This document shows positions 37,019 through 46,143 of a stretch of 64,000 nt of DNA, piece by piece; positions within the stretch are counted from its first letter, which is position 1, and each line of letters begins with the position of its first letter. Source of the DNA: an uncultured Erysipelotrichaceae bacterium (lineage in GTDB: Bacteria; Bacillota_I; Bacilli_A; Erysipelotrichales; Erysipelotrichaceae). A program made the translations under genes and the position numbers. The DNA lies in NCBI GenBank assembly GCA_964399545.1, contig CAYNRG010000004.1, positions 16,735-80,734 of the forward strand, written 5' to 3'. The notes under the pieces are model-generated. The model ran no database searches. It saw only the letters and a program-made list of their open reading frames with translations, and was not told where the DNA came from.

Positions 37019-39406
37019 ATGAGAATAAGTACAAGATGGTTAGAGAAATACGTTTCTTTAGAAGGAAAAACTCCTAAGCAATTGGCAGAAGCAATGACGA
37101 CTGCAGGAATAGAGATTGAAGGAATTGAAGCATTAGCGAAAGGAACAAATTTAATTATTGGTCAGGTTGTTGAGTGTAAAGAACATCCAGATTCAGACCA
37201 CTTGCAAGTGTGCCAAGTTAATATTGGGAAGGAAACTGTGCAAATTGTTTGTGGAGCACCAAACTGTCAAGAGGGAATTAAGGTTATTGTCGCTCAAGTT
37301 GGAGCTGAACTTCCAGAAATTACAATTAAAAAGGCTAAAGTTCGTGGGGTTGAATCCAACGGAATGTTGTGTAGTTTGTTGGAGTTAGGTGTTGGTGAAA
37401 AATATTTAAAAGAAGATCAAATTAAAGGGATTGAAATTTTATCTGTGGATGCCCCTATTGGCGAAACAGAGGTATTAGCTTATTTAGGATTGGATGACCA
37501 TATATTAGATGCTTCTTTAACGCCTAACCGAGCAGATTGTTTAGCTATGTGGAGTGTTGCTAAAGAAGTTGGAGCTATTTTGAGAAGAGAAGTTAGGTTA
37601 CCTGAGCTTAACCTTTCTTTTGAAGAAAAAGAAACGCAAGCAGTTGTAAAAACGAAAACAGAAAACTGTCCACATATCTTAGGAAAAGTGGTTAGAAAAG
37701 TAGTTGTAAAAGAATCTCCTGAATGGATGAAGAAAGCTCTACAAGCTGCTGGGATTAAATCAATTAATAATGTGGTGGATATTTCAAATTATGTTATGTT
37801 AGAAACAGGTCAGCCCTTACATTTTTATGATTTATCAAAAATGAAGAAAGAAGAACTATTTGTTGAAAGTAATCATGAAGGAAAATTTTTAGCTTTAGAT
37901 GGCGAAGAGTATACATTGAAAAAAGAAGATTTAGTTATTGTGAGTGATGGCGAAATTGTTGGACTTGCTGGTATTATGGGTAGTGATGGTAGTAAGATTG
38001 ATGAAGCGACAACTGGAATTTTGATTGAGGCTGCAAATTTTAATGCTGTTTCAATTCGGAATACATCTAAGCGTTTAACTTTAATGACAGAAGCTGCTTC
38101 TCGCTTTGCAAAAGGGCTAGATGCATTAGCGCAGGGAAAAGCGATGAACCGTGCGTTGGATCTATTGTGTGAGTTGGCAAGTGCGGATGAAATTGAGAAT
38201 ACAGTTTCTGATGGTGAAGTACATTATGAAGAAGTAAAGATTCAAGAAACTTTGTCTCACTGCAATGAGTTGTTAGGAACAAGTTATAGTATTGAAGAGG
38301 TTGTTGAAGTGTTATCGGCATTAGATTTTTCACCTAAAGTAGAAGGAGATACAGTAACCTGTAGAATCCCAAGTTATCGCCGTGACATTAAAATCGCCGA
38401 AGATTTAGACGAAGAAATTATTCGCTTAATTGGGTTTGATGGATTAGAGACAACACTTCCAAAAATGGAGATGACTGAAGGAAGATTGAGTAAAGCTCAA
38501 AAACTACGCCGACGAAGCAGAGAAATTTTGACTGCTCAAGGGTTAAGTGAAATTATTACTTATACTTTAGTTAAGGAAAGTTATATGAATAAGGCATTAA
38601 TGGCGTTTGGAAATCCTGTTCAATTAGCTTCTCCAATGAGCGAAAATCGAAAATTTGTTCGCAATAGCTTAATGAATTCTATGTTGGAGTGCTTATCTTA
38701 TAATCAGGCTCGTAAAGCGACTAATGTGAATTTATTTGAAATTTCAAATGTTTACCAAGAAGAGAAAGTTCAAGAGCGATGTGGAATTGTTATTTCTGAA
38801 GCACTTCATCAATCACGGTTTCACGGTCAAAAAATAGACAGCGATTTTTTTGCTTTAAAAGGAATTATCTTGTCATGGTTAAAAGCATGGGGATTTAGTG
38901 ATGGGCAAGTTGAGTTTAGGGAAAATGAGATAGATAAGCAACATTTCCATCCTTATCGTAGTGCAGCTGTATATATTCAAGGAAAGATGATTGGTGTTTT
39001 TGGTGAAGTTCATCCACAAGTTGTGAAAGAGTGGGATATCACTCCGTGTAGTTATGGGGAGTTTATTTTGGATTATTTACATGAATTAGAAATGAATCCA
39101 ACCCGGTTTAAACCCTTAGTTCGATATCCAGCTGTTTCAAGAGATTTAGCATTGGTAACATTGGAAGAGGTATCTGCTAAGCAAATCTTAGATGTTATTC
39201 ATCAAGCAGGTCACAATCTAGTTCAAACAATTGAGGTTTTTGATGTTTATCAAGGAGAACATATTGAACAGGGATATAAGTCGATTGCATTATCGATTAT
39301 TTATCAAGCAAAAGACCATACTTTGGTTGAGGATGAAATCCAAGAAGTTCATCAAGAAATTTTAGAGCAGTTAAAGTTAAAATTAAACGCAACCTTGAGA
39401 ACTTAA
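37019..39406 (+). CDS. pheT: Phenylalanine--tRNA ligase beta subunit
   Basis: 795 aa with an N-terminal tRNA-binding OB domain (..HPDSDHLQVCQV..), B3/4, B5 and FDX-ACB domains, directly after pheS. Confidence 0.95.
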   Translation: MRISTRWLEKYVSLEGKTPKQLAEAMTTAGIEIEGIEALAKGTNLIIGQVVECKEHPDSDHLQVCQVNIGKETVQIVCGAPNCQEGIKVIVAQVGAELPEITIKKAKVRGVESNGMLCSLLELGVGEKYLKEDQIKGIEILSVDAPIGETEVLAYLGLDDHILDASLTPNRADCLAMWSVAKEVGAILRREVRLPELNLSFEEKETQAVVKTKTENCPHILGKVVRKVVVKESPEWMKKALQAAGIKSINNVVDISNYVMLETGQPLHFYDLSKMKKEELFVESNHEGKFLALDGEEYTLKKEDLVIVSDGEIVGLAGIMGSDGSKIDEATTGILIEAANFNAVSIRNTSKRLTLMTEAASRFAKGLDALAQGKAMNRALDLLCELASADEIENTVSDGEVHYEEVKIQETLSHCNELLGTSYSIEEVVEVLSALDFSPKVEGDTVTCRIPSYRRDIKIAEDLDEEIIRLIGFDGLETTLPKMEMTEGRLSKAQKLRRRSREILTAQGLSEIITYTLVKESYMNKALMAFGNPVQLASPMSENRKFVRNSLMNSMLECLSYNQARKATNVNLFEISNVYQEEKVQERCGIVISEALHQSRFHGQKIDSDFFALKGIILSWLKAWGFSDGQVEFRENEIDKQHFHPYRSAAVYIQGKMIGVFGEVHPQVVKEWDITPCSYGEFILDYLHELEMNPTRFKPLVRYPAVSRDLALVTLEEVSAKQILDVIHQAGHNLVQTIEVFDVYQGEHIEQGYKSIALSIIYQAKDHTLVEDEIQEVHQEILEQLKLKLNATLRT

Positions 39407-39659
39407 AAAATTGCTTATTTAGATAGTCAATAATACGGAAGTAAAAAATCTTAAAGGAAAATGATTCTTAGGTTATGCGATGGAAGAAATTAGACATTTA
39501 TTGAGAATAGATGTCTTTTTCTTTATCTATACAATAAGAAGGGTTTTGAACGATAATTATCTAATGAGAAAGAACGATTAAATATTCTTAAACCTGACAT
39601 AAGATGTCTAGTTTAACGTGCTATACTTTAGCTGTAGTTAAAGAAAGGAGAGGTTAGTT

Positions 39660-39926
39660 TTGAAAGAACAAGCGCTCAAAAGTCGAGGAGTCGAGAACTA
39701 TAAAATTGTGGGGTGTATAAATCTTGGATTAGTAGTTATCTTTTTACTTCTTTACTTGATGGATCCCAGTCTATTTTCAAAAGATACCACAATTAATAAT
39801 TCGTATATCTATGTGGCTTTTTCAATTTTAGCTAGCTATTATTATATCTTGGCAGCACCATTATCTATTGCGAGTGCATTAATAATGCTTAAGAATAAAA
39901 GTGAAAAAAAATTGTATTATACATGA
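39660..39926 (+). CDS. Small membrane protein (hypothetical), possibly truncated at an A8 tract
   Basis: TTG start behind aaaggagagg and two TM helices. See the finding on a frame-shifted third helix. Confidence 0.4.
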   Translation: MKEQALKSRGVENYKIVGCINLGLVVIFLLLYLMDPSLFSKDTTINNSYIYVAFSILASYYYILAAPLSIASALIMLKNKSEKKLYYT

Positions 39927-40014
39927 ATGCAGCTGCAAGTATATTGATTGTTATATCTTATTTCATTTTTTTGAAGTAATTTAAATTTTAAATTAAAACA
40001 AGGAGGATATATTT

Positions 40015-40554
40015 ATGAGTAGAGCAACAACAAAAATAGATTTAATAAATGGAGCAACTAATAATTTTGAAAAAATAAATACACTCATTGCTTCTATGAG
40101 TGAAAAAGAGCTTTCAACACCTTTTGATTTTTCGAAAGACAAAAATAAGAAAGAAGCACATTGGAATAGAGATAAAAATCTTAGAGATATTTATATTCAT
40201 TTATATGAATGGCATTGTCTTGTTTTAAATTGGGTTAATTCAAATATGAATGGTGAAGAAAAATCATTTTTACCAGCTCCATATAACTGGAAGACTTATG
40301 GCAATATGAATGCTGAATTTTGGAAGAAGCATCAGACTACATCGTTAATCATGGCTAAAAAAATGTTTGAAAATTCTCACAAAGATATTTTGACTTTAGT
40401 GGAAAAATTTACAAGTGAAGAGCTGTTTTCAAAAAATACGTACAGCTGGGTTGGGGGAAGCACACTAGGAGCATATTTTGTGAGTGCAACAGCAAGTCAT
40501 TACGATTGGGCTATGAAAAAATTAAAAGCACATATTAAAAATTGCAAAGTTTAG
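40015..40554 (+). CDS. ClbS/DfsB-family four-helix-bundle protein
   Basis: About 179 aa with family-typical ..W..DKNLRD...HLYEWH.. and ..HY.WA.K.L. RBS aaggagg. Confidence 0.7.
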   Translation: MSRATTKIDLINGATNNFEKINTLIASMSEKELSTPFDFSKDKNKKEAHWNRDKNLRDIYIHLYEWHCLVLNWVNSNMNGEEKSFLPAPYNWKTYGNMNAEFWKKHQTTSLIMAKKMFENSHKDILTLVEKFTSEELFSKNTYSWVGGSTLGAYFVSATASHYDWAMKKLKAHIKNCKV

Positions 40555-40745
40555 AATATGTTTAACTTTATGAAGCATAGCAAGTAATCATCAAGCTAAA
40601 AGAATAGAAACTATAATAACAAAAGTGATAGATACAAGGGTAAAGAGCCAATAATCTCGAAGAATCAAAGTCTTCAGTTAGGGGGCTCTTTTTAGTTGGA
40701 GATAAGCAAAGAGTATAGTATACTTAAAAAGAAAGGTGGATAATT

Positions 40746-41633
40746 ATGAAAGTGATTGAAATTGAAAGCTTAACAAAAGATTATGGCAAGAATCGTGGTG
40801 TTTTTGATGTATCTTTTGATATTAAGCAAGGGGAAATTTTTGGTTTTTTAGGTCCTAATGGTGCAGGGAAGACAACGACTATTCGCCATCTTATGGGATT
40901 TGTTCACCAAGATCAAGGATCTTGTCATATTTTAGGATATGATTGTGCTCGAGAGTCTTCCAAAATTCAGGAAAAATTGGGTTATTTACCTGGTGAAATA
41001 GCTTTTATGAATGAAATGACTGGAATGCAGTTTATTCGATTCATTGCCAAAATGAAAAAATGCAAAGATTTGACATATGCTATAGAGTTAATGAGACGAT
41101 TTGAATTAAATCCAAGTGGAAAAATTCGGAAAATGTCAAAAGGAATGAAGCAGAAAATAGGAATTGTTTGTGCTTTTATGAATGATCCGGAAGTGCTAAT
41201 TCTTGATGAACCAACAAGCGGATTAGATCCATTGATGCAAACTCGTTTTGTGGATTTACTTTTAGAGGAAAAAGCAAAAGGAAAAACAATTTTGATGTCT
41301 TCTCATATTTTTGAAGAAATTGAAAAAACATGTGATCGGTTTGCGATGATTAAAGAAGGAAAAATTGTAACTTTAGAAGATAATCGAAAAATTCGTGAAG
41401 AAAGGAAAAAGAGATATATTATTGAGTTTGAAACGAATCAACAAGCAAATGATTTTTCTCAAGAATGGAAAGAATGCACTGTTGAGGAGAATAAGGTGCG
41501 CTTCGCTCATAAGGGAGACTTAAAAGAATTATTCTCATTATTACAGAAATATCAAGTTGCCGATATGGATATATCAGTAGAGACACTAGAAGAGAAGTTT
41601 ATTCACTTGTATGGAGGGAAGATACATGATTAA
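40746..41633 (+). CDS. ABC transporter ATP-binding protein (ABC-2 exporter type)
   Basis: Walker A GPNGAGKTT, signature MSKGMKQK, Walker B ILILDEPTSGLD, H-loop SSH. Confidence 0.9.
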   Translation: MKVIEIESLTKDYGKNRGVFDVSFDIKQGEIFGFLGPNGAGKTTTIRHLMGFVHQDQGSCHILGYDCARESSKIQEKLGYLPGEIAFMNEMTGMQFIRFIAKMKKCKDLTYAIELMRRFELNPSGKIRKMSKGMKQKIGIVCAFMNDPEVLILDEPTSGLDPLMQTRFVDLLLEEKAKGKTILMSSHIFEEIEKTCDRFAMIKEGKIVTLEDNRKIREERKKRYIIEFETNQQANDFSQEWKECTVEENKVRFAHKGDLKELFSLLQKYQVADMDISVETLEEKFIHLYGGKIHD

Positions 41634-42426
41634 TACAACATTGATGAAAAAAGAGTTAAAATCTAATTGGAAAATCACGTTGATTTTTCTAGGCATCGTC
41701 TCTCTATATATTAGCGTTATTGTTTATATGTATTCCCCTGGTTTAAATCAAGTTATTCAGAACATGATGACTGAAATGTCAGAGATGTTTAAGATGTTTG
41801 GTATGGATCAAAGTGGTGTTGGATTATTGGGGTTTTGTATCCAATATCTATATGGGTTTATTTTGTTAGTTTTTCCAATCATTTTTATTTTAATCATTGG
41901 CGCAAGGCTGGTGTCAAGATATGTAGATACAGGATCCATGGCCTATTTACTAGCTACACCAAATACTAGAAAAAAAATTGTTAAAACTCAATGGACTGTA
42001 TTTAATGTTTTGATTCTAGTATTAGTGATTTATATAGTAGGTTTTGGTTTGTTGGTGTCAGGATTAATGTTTCCTAATGAGATGGATGTAATTGGATTTT
42101 TGAAAGTTAATTTTGGATTATGGTCATTCTACTTCTGTGTGTTAAGTTTTATCTTCTTTGTTTCTTGCTTATTTAATGAAGCAGATAAAGTGTTAGGCTT
42201 TGGTGGGTTTATTTTATTCTTTTCTTATATTTTGCAAGCAATTGCGAATATGGGGTCAACTTTTGAATTTGTAAAATATTTTACAGTCTTTACTCTATTC
42301 AATCCATCGGCATTGGCGAGTGATTTTAGTAGCCAACTTGTACCTTTGGCTTTGTTGATTGGGTTGGGAACGGTGTTTTCAATCTTTGCTTTTACAATCT
42401 TTGAGAAAAAAGATTTACCGCTATAA
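41626..42426 (+). CDS. ABC-2 type transporter permease
   Basis: Six TM helices. It overlaps the ATPase gene; the start is set at ATG 41626 behind ggaggg. Confidence 0.7.
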   Translation: MINTTLMKKELKSNWKITLIFLGIVSLYISVIVYMYSPGLNQVIQNMMTEMSEMFKMFGMDQSGVGLLGFCIQYLYGFILLVFPIIFILIIGARLVSRYVDTGSMAYLLATPNTRKKIVKTQWTVFNVLILVLVIYIVGFGLLVSGLMFPNEMDVIGFLKVNFGLWSFYFCVLSFIFFVSCLFNEADKVLGFGGFILFFSYILQAIANMGSTFEFVKYFTVFTLFNPSALASDFSSQLVPLALLIGLGTVFSIFAFTIFEKKDLPL

Positions 42427-42428
42427 AT

Positions 42429-43313
42429 ATGAAATATCAACGATATAAAGATCAATTGCATCTATTTGATTTAGATCATTTTCATGAAAAGACCATGGAA
42501 TACTTTTTTGAGTTTTACAATATTCCAACAAGGAAAAGAAATCACTTCATTCAGACTTTAACAATTAAGGTGAATGGACAGCGCTGCAACGTAGATCAAG
42601 TTTTAAAAAGAGAAGATCGCATCATCATTTTAAATCAAGAGAAAATTGATATTGATTGCGACTCAACCGCAGCGAAGGTAGTTTATGAGGATGACTTTGT
42701 ATTGGTAGCACACAAAGAAAGTGGAATTTTAATTCACGAAGATAATCCCTCAAAAATAGGAACATTATCTAGTCAAGTAGCTAGGTATTATCAACTCGGC
42801 GGAAAAGAATACTTTGTTCGTCCACTTCATCGATTAGATAAGCAAACTCAAGGTTTGGTTCTTTTTTCCAAATGTTCTTTTTTTCAACCGTGGCTAGATA
42901 GACAGTTAAGGGAAAAAGAAATAAAAAGAGTGTATCTTGCAATTGTTCATGGGAAAATGAAAGTTGGGATAAAGAAAAGAATTCAAAAGCGAATTGGAAG
43001 AGACCGTCATGATTCACGAAAGATGATAATTACAACTAAAGGAAAAGAAGCAACAACTAAAATTCAATGTATAAAATCAACGAAAAACTATTCGCTGATT
43101 TCATGTGAGTTAGAAACAGGGAGAACTCATCAAATTCGTGTTCATTTGGCATCATTGGGCTATCCAATTGTTAATGATGCGTTATATGGAGCCTCTACAA
43201 AAGATTTTCAAGAGATGGGGCTATATGCAGTAAAATTAGAATGGAGAGATCCAATAACGCAAGAAAAAAGAGTCATAAACGACTCTTACTTAAAGGATAT
43301 TGAAATGTTTTAA
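42429..43313 (+). CDS. RluA-family pseudouridine synthase
   Basis: Catalytic motif HRLDKQTQG and the C-terminal ..GRTHQIRVHLA..G.PI.ND..YG. Confidence 0.9.
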   Translation: MKYQRYKDQLHLFDLDHFHEKTMEYFFEFYNIPTRKRNHFIQTLTIKVNGQRCNVDQVLKREDRIIILNQEKIDIDCDSTAAKVVYEDDFVLVAHKESGILIHEDNPSKIGTLSSQVARYYQLGGKEYFVRPLHRLDKQTQGLVLFSKCSFFQPWLDRQLREKEIKRVYLAIVHGKMKVGIKKRIQKRIGRDRHDSRKMIITTKGKEATTKIQCIKSTKNYSLISCELETGRTHQIRVHLASLGYPIVNDALYGASTKDFQEMGLYAVKLEWRDPITQEKRVINDSYLKDIEMF

Positions 43314-44090
43314 AGCATGAACGACTCCATCATCATGGACAGAAGTTGATACAAAATCAGCTTCTTTTTTTACATTGTCTTTTGCATTTCCCATGGCAAC
43401 ACCAATAGCAGATTTGTGGAACATTTGAATATCGTTTGCTGCATCACCAAAAGTCATAACCTCATCCCATTGGTAACCTTTCATTTTTAAATAGGATTCA
43501 ATAGCTGTTGCTTTACTAATAGCGGTAGGATAAACGTCATAACCGTTGGGATAAGACCACCCAAAAGTTAGGTGAGGGAATAAGGGTCTTAGTGCTTCAA
43601 TGGTTGGTTCATCTCCAATAAGAAAACAGCCAAGTGGACAACCGTGTGTAATGTGAAAGTCTTCCTCCTCGGGATTTTCAAAAATAAACGAACCATAATC
43701 ATTATCACCGACATATCCTTTGTAAAATTGAGCGTAATGAGCATATCCGACAATACCTTCTTTAAATTTAAAGCCTAGTCCAATATTCTTTTCATGACAA
43801 AGATCTCTAAGTGTGACTACATCTTCGGAAGTCATTGGATGAGACTGTAAAATCTCTCCTTCCCCACTAACAAGACAACCTCCATTAATGGTTACAAGAT
43901 GAGAAGGGTTTATATCTGTGAATACAGAAGGATGAATGAAGTTGAAATGCCTTCCGGTTGCGATAAGGACATCTAGTCCTTGTTCTTTGGCTTGCTGAAT
44001 GGCATTCTTTACTGCAGGAGAGATGGCTGTTTTACCATAAGGGATTAAAGTGCCATCAATATCAAATGCTAATAGTTTTATACTTTTCAT
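43290..44090 (-). CDS. Cof-type HAD-IIB sugar phosphatase
   Basis: AFDIDGTL, ..ATGR.., ..FGDAANDIQMF... The start is set at MKSIKLL; the longer ORF-track start runs into the tRNA on the other strand. Confidence 0.85.
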   Translation of the reverse strand: MKSIKLLAFDIDGTLIPYGKTAISPAVKNAIQQAKEQGLDVLIATGRHFNFIHPSVFTDINPSHLVTINGGCLVSGEGEILQSHPMTSEDVVTLRDLCHEKNIGLGFKFKEGIVGYAHYAQFYKGYVGDNDYGSFIFENPEEEDFHITHGCPLGCFLIGDEPTIEALRPLFPHLTFGWSYPNGYDVYPTAISKATAIESYLKMKGYQWDEVMTFGDAANDIQMFHKSAIGVAMGNAKDNVKKEADFVSTSVHDDGVVHALKHFNIL

Positions 44091-44157
44091 AAAAATCACC
44101 TCTTTTGTAATTATAGCATGAAAAAAAGAGAAAGATATGTTAAAATAAAAGAGCTGT

Positions 44158-44234
44158 GTGCCCGTGGCGCAATTGGATAGCGCATCTGATTCCGATTCAG
44201 ACGGTTGCAGGTTCAAGTCCTGTCGGGCACGCCA
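44158..44234 (+). tRNA. tRNA-Arg (anticodon CCG)
   Basis: A 77-nt cloverleaf folded by hand: acceptor GTGCCCG/CGGGCAC, D-arm GCGC-AATTGGATA-GCGC, anticodon arm TCTGA-TTCCGAT-TCAGA, T-arm GCAGG-TTCAAGT-CCTGT, and an encoded CCA. Confidence 0.9.
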
Positions 44235-44287
44235 AAAAAAAGAAAAACAACAGATATTAGTGATATGTTTTATTGAATAATTAAGGT

Positions 44288-44324
44288 CAAGCCAGTCAGA
44301 GGAATAGAGAGGCTTGGCTTTTTA
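44288..44324 (+). terminator. Probable terminator after the tRNA
   Basis: caagcc-(17 nt)-ggcttg followed by gcttttt. Confidence 0.5.
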
Positions 44325-44782
44325 ATACCTGTATGTAGATATTAAAGTAGGCAAGAAGGAGGATTTTTACTTAAAAATGGTTGTAAAGAATATATATTAG
44401 CAAAAAATATAGATTACTTTAAAAGAGATATCTTGTTTTCTTATGCTAAAAAAGGAAAAGGTTTTCAGTGAAAAGGGAAAAACAACTATTTTATATGTTT
44501 ATAAAAAATTAAATGACTTCGCTAAAATCATGAATATAGCCAAAAAAGCTTTATATAAAGGCAAAAACAATAATTTTAATCTTTGTCATATTTAAATTGT
44601 ATGTTCTTTTTGGAGTGAGGGAAGAGGATATAATAATCTCTAAAAATTAGGTGATGGTTTGATAAGTGTAGATAAAATAAAGGTTATTGAAAGGTTCTTG
44701 CAGAAAAAAAATAGAAAAAAAAGAGTATTTTTATTGCAAATAATAGATAAGCAGTATATAATTTCAAAAGAGGTGCTGGAAA

Positions 44783-45256
44783 ATGAAAGATATAAAAAAA
44801 CTAGTTGAAACAACCGAAATGTTCGCTGAGGCGTATTCGTCTTATGTGAGTGTTTACCATCGTCGCCAAAGAAAATTTTCTCTTTATGAGAAAGAAGCTC
44901 AATTTGTGGTGTTAGTGCACACATTGAAAAAATTGAAAGATGAAATTAATATGATGGATCTTTCAAAAGAGTTACATTTGACACCAGGTGCAATTTCTCA
45001 AACTGCATCACGTGCTGAAAGAAAAGGTTATATCAAGCGCGTTATGTCAAAGAGTGATCGAAGATCAAATATTGTTTTATTAACTAAAAAGGGAGAGAAA
45101 TTCTGCCAAGGTTATGAAGACTATATGTTGTCACTAAATGCTACTCTTAAGAAAACATTGTCAGGGCATAGTGCTCATGATATTAATTCATTTATTGAGA
45201 TTCAAGGGAAATTAGCTAAAATGCTAAGAGAACTTTCTTTAAAAGAAGAAACTTAG
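44783..45256 (+). CDS. MarR-family transcriptional regulator
   Basis: Winged-HTH core (..MMDLSKELHLTPGAISQTASRAERKGYIKRVMSKSDRRSNIVLLTKKGE..). Confidence 0.85.
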   Translation: MKDIKKLVETTEMFAEAYSSYVSVYHRRQRKFSLYEKEAQFVVLVHTLKKLKDEINMMDLSKELHLTPGAISQTASRAERKGYIKRVMSKSDRRSNIVLLTKKGEKFCQGYEDYMLSLNATLKKTLSGHSAHDINSFIEIQGKLAKMLRELSLKEET

Positions 45257-45585
45257 TAGACGACCCAACGATTTAAAAGAAATTATAGAGGAAAAAGTAT
45301 TTGAAATCAAATGCTTTTTTTTATGCAAATTTTAGCAACTCTACTTTGCAATTATATAGTAAAGAGGAGATTAATCAGTTTTCAAAGAGACTACGGTAGA
45401 AATAAGCATTTAGAAATAGTAGTCGTTATTGAGGTGGAAAGGTATAATGTCCTAATTGAAAAACTTTTTTTATGAATGGGTGAAAAGCGTTTGGGAATAG
45501 TTAGAAAAATCTAGATTTTTTTAGGAAAATGGAATAAAGAGGATAATTAATTATCAGCAAGTTATTGCAGGAAAGGAGAATTGAA

Positions 45586-45735
45586 ATGAAAGAAATTTTA
45601 CAAGAATATGGAGGGTTTATTTTATCCATTGTCTTAATTGCGGCATTAATTGCTAGTTTAAAATCAGGGTTTATTGGAAAAATTAATGAAAACATTACCT
45701 CGCAATTAGATAAAATTTCAGAAATAGGAAATTAG
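45586..45735 (+). CDS. Flp-like type IVb (Tad) pilin, 49 aa; not in the supplied ORF track (<60 aa)
   Basis: RBS gaaaggag sits 7 nt upstream. The product is MKEILQEYGGFILSIVLIAALIASLKSGF..., with the Flp-type EYG-hydrophobic-IAALIA core. It is the first gene of an operon containing CpaB/TadA/TadB/TadC-like genes. Confidence 0.65.
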   Translation: MKEILQEYGGFILSIVLIAALIASLKSGFIGKINENITSQLDKISEIGN

Positions 45736-45746
45736 TCTAGCAGTAG

Positions 45747-46142
45747 ATGACAGGATTATTAAAAAGCTATGGTGTTTTTCTTCTAGGAATTTTTTGTTTT
45801 ATTTCTCTAATGCTAATGAATCAAAGGCTGGTTTTAGAGGATGAAATTTTTGAAAGTACAAGGCTGACTCAATATTCTGTAATAGAAAATAATATTTTAC
45901 TAGGAGAATTATTTACGAATAAGAAAGTAGTCATTGCAGCAGAGAATTTACCAGCGGAATGGGTAGCGCAGTTTAGGCTCAATATAAATTTAAAAGGAGA
46001 ATACATTATCGAAATTGTAGGCATCCATGAGGATCCGCCAGCAATTGCGGTTCGTGTTCAAGGTAAGGCGAAAAAGAAATGGAGTCAAGAGGAAATACAG
46101 TTGGACTATACAAGTTTAATTTTAATAGAAGAAGGGCGATGA
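45747..46142 (+). CDS. Pilin-like/pseudopilin-like protein (131 aa) sharing the N-terminal register of the Flp-like pilin
   Basis: MTGLLKSYGVFLLGIFCFISL..: Tyr8-Gly9 and then a hydrophobic helix, as in the 49-aa pilin. It starts 11 nt after the pilin stop. Confidence 0.5.
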   Translation: MTGLLKSYGVFLLGIFCFISLMLMNQRLVLEDEIFESTRLTQYSVIENNILLGELFTNKKVVIAAENLPAEWVAQFRLNINLKGEYIIEIVGIHEDPPAIAVRVQGKAKKKWSQEEIQLDYTSLILIEEGR

Positions 46143-46143
46143 A

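Noticed and set aside
44091-44216. 5' extension of the Cof-phosphatase ORF (minus strand)
   Set aside because: It overlaps the tRNA-Arg gene on the opposite strand and has no RBS. The HAD motif DIDGTL begins right after Met at 44090.
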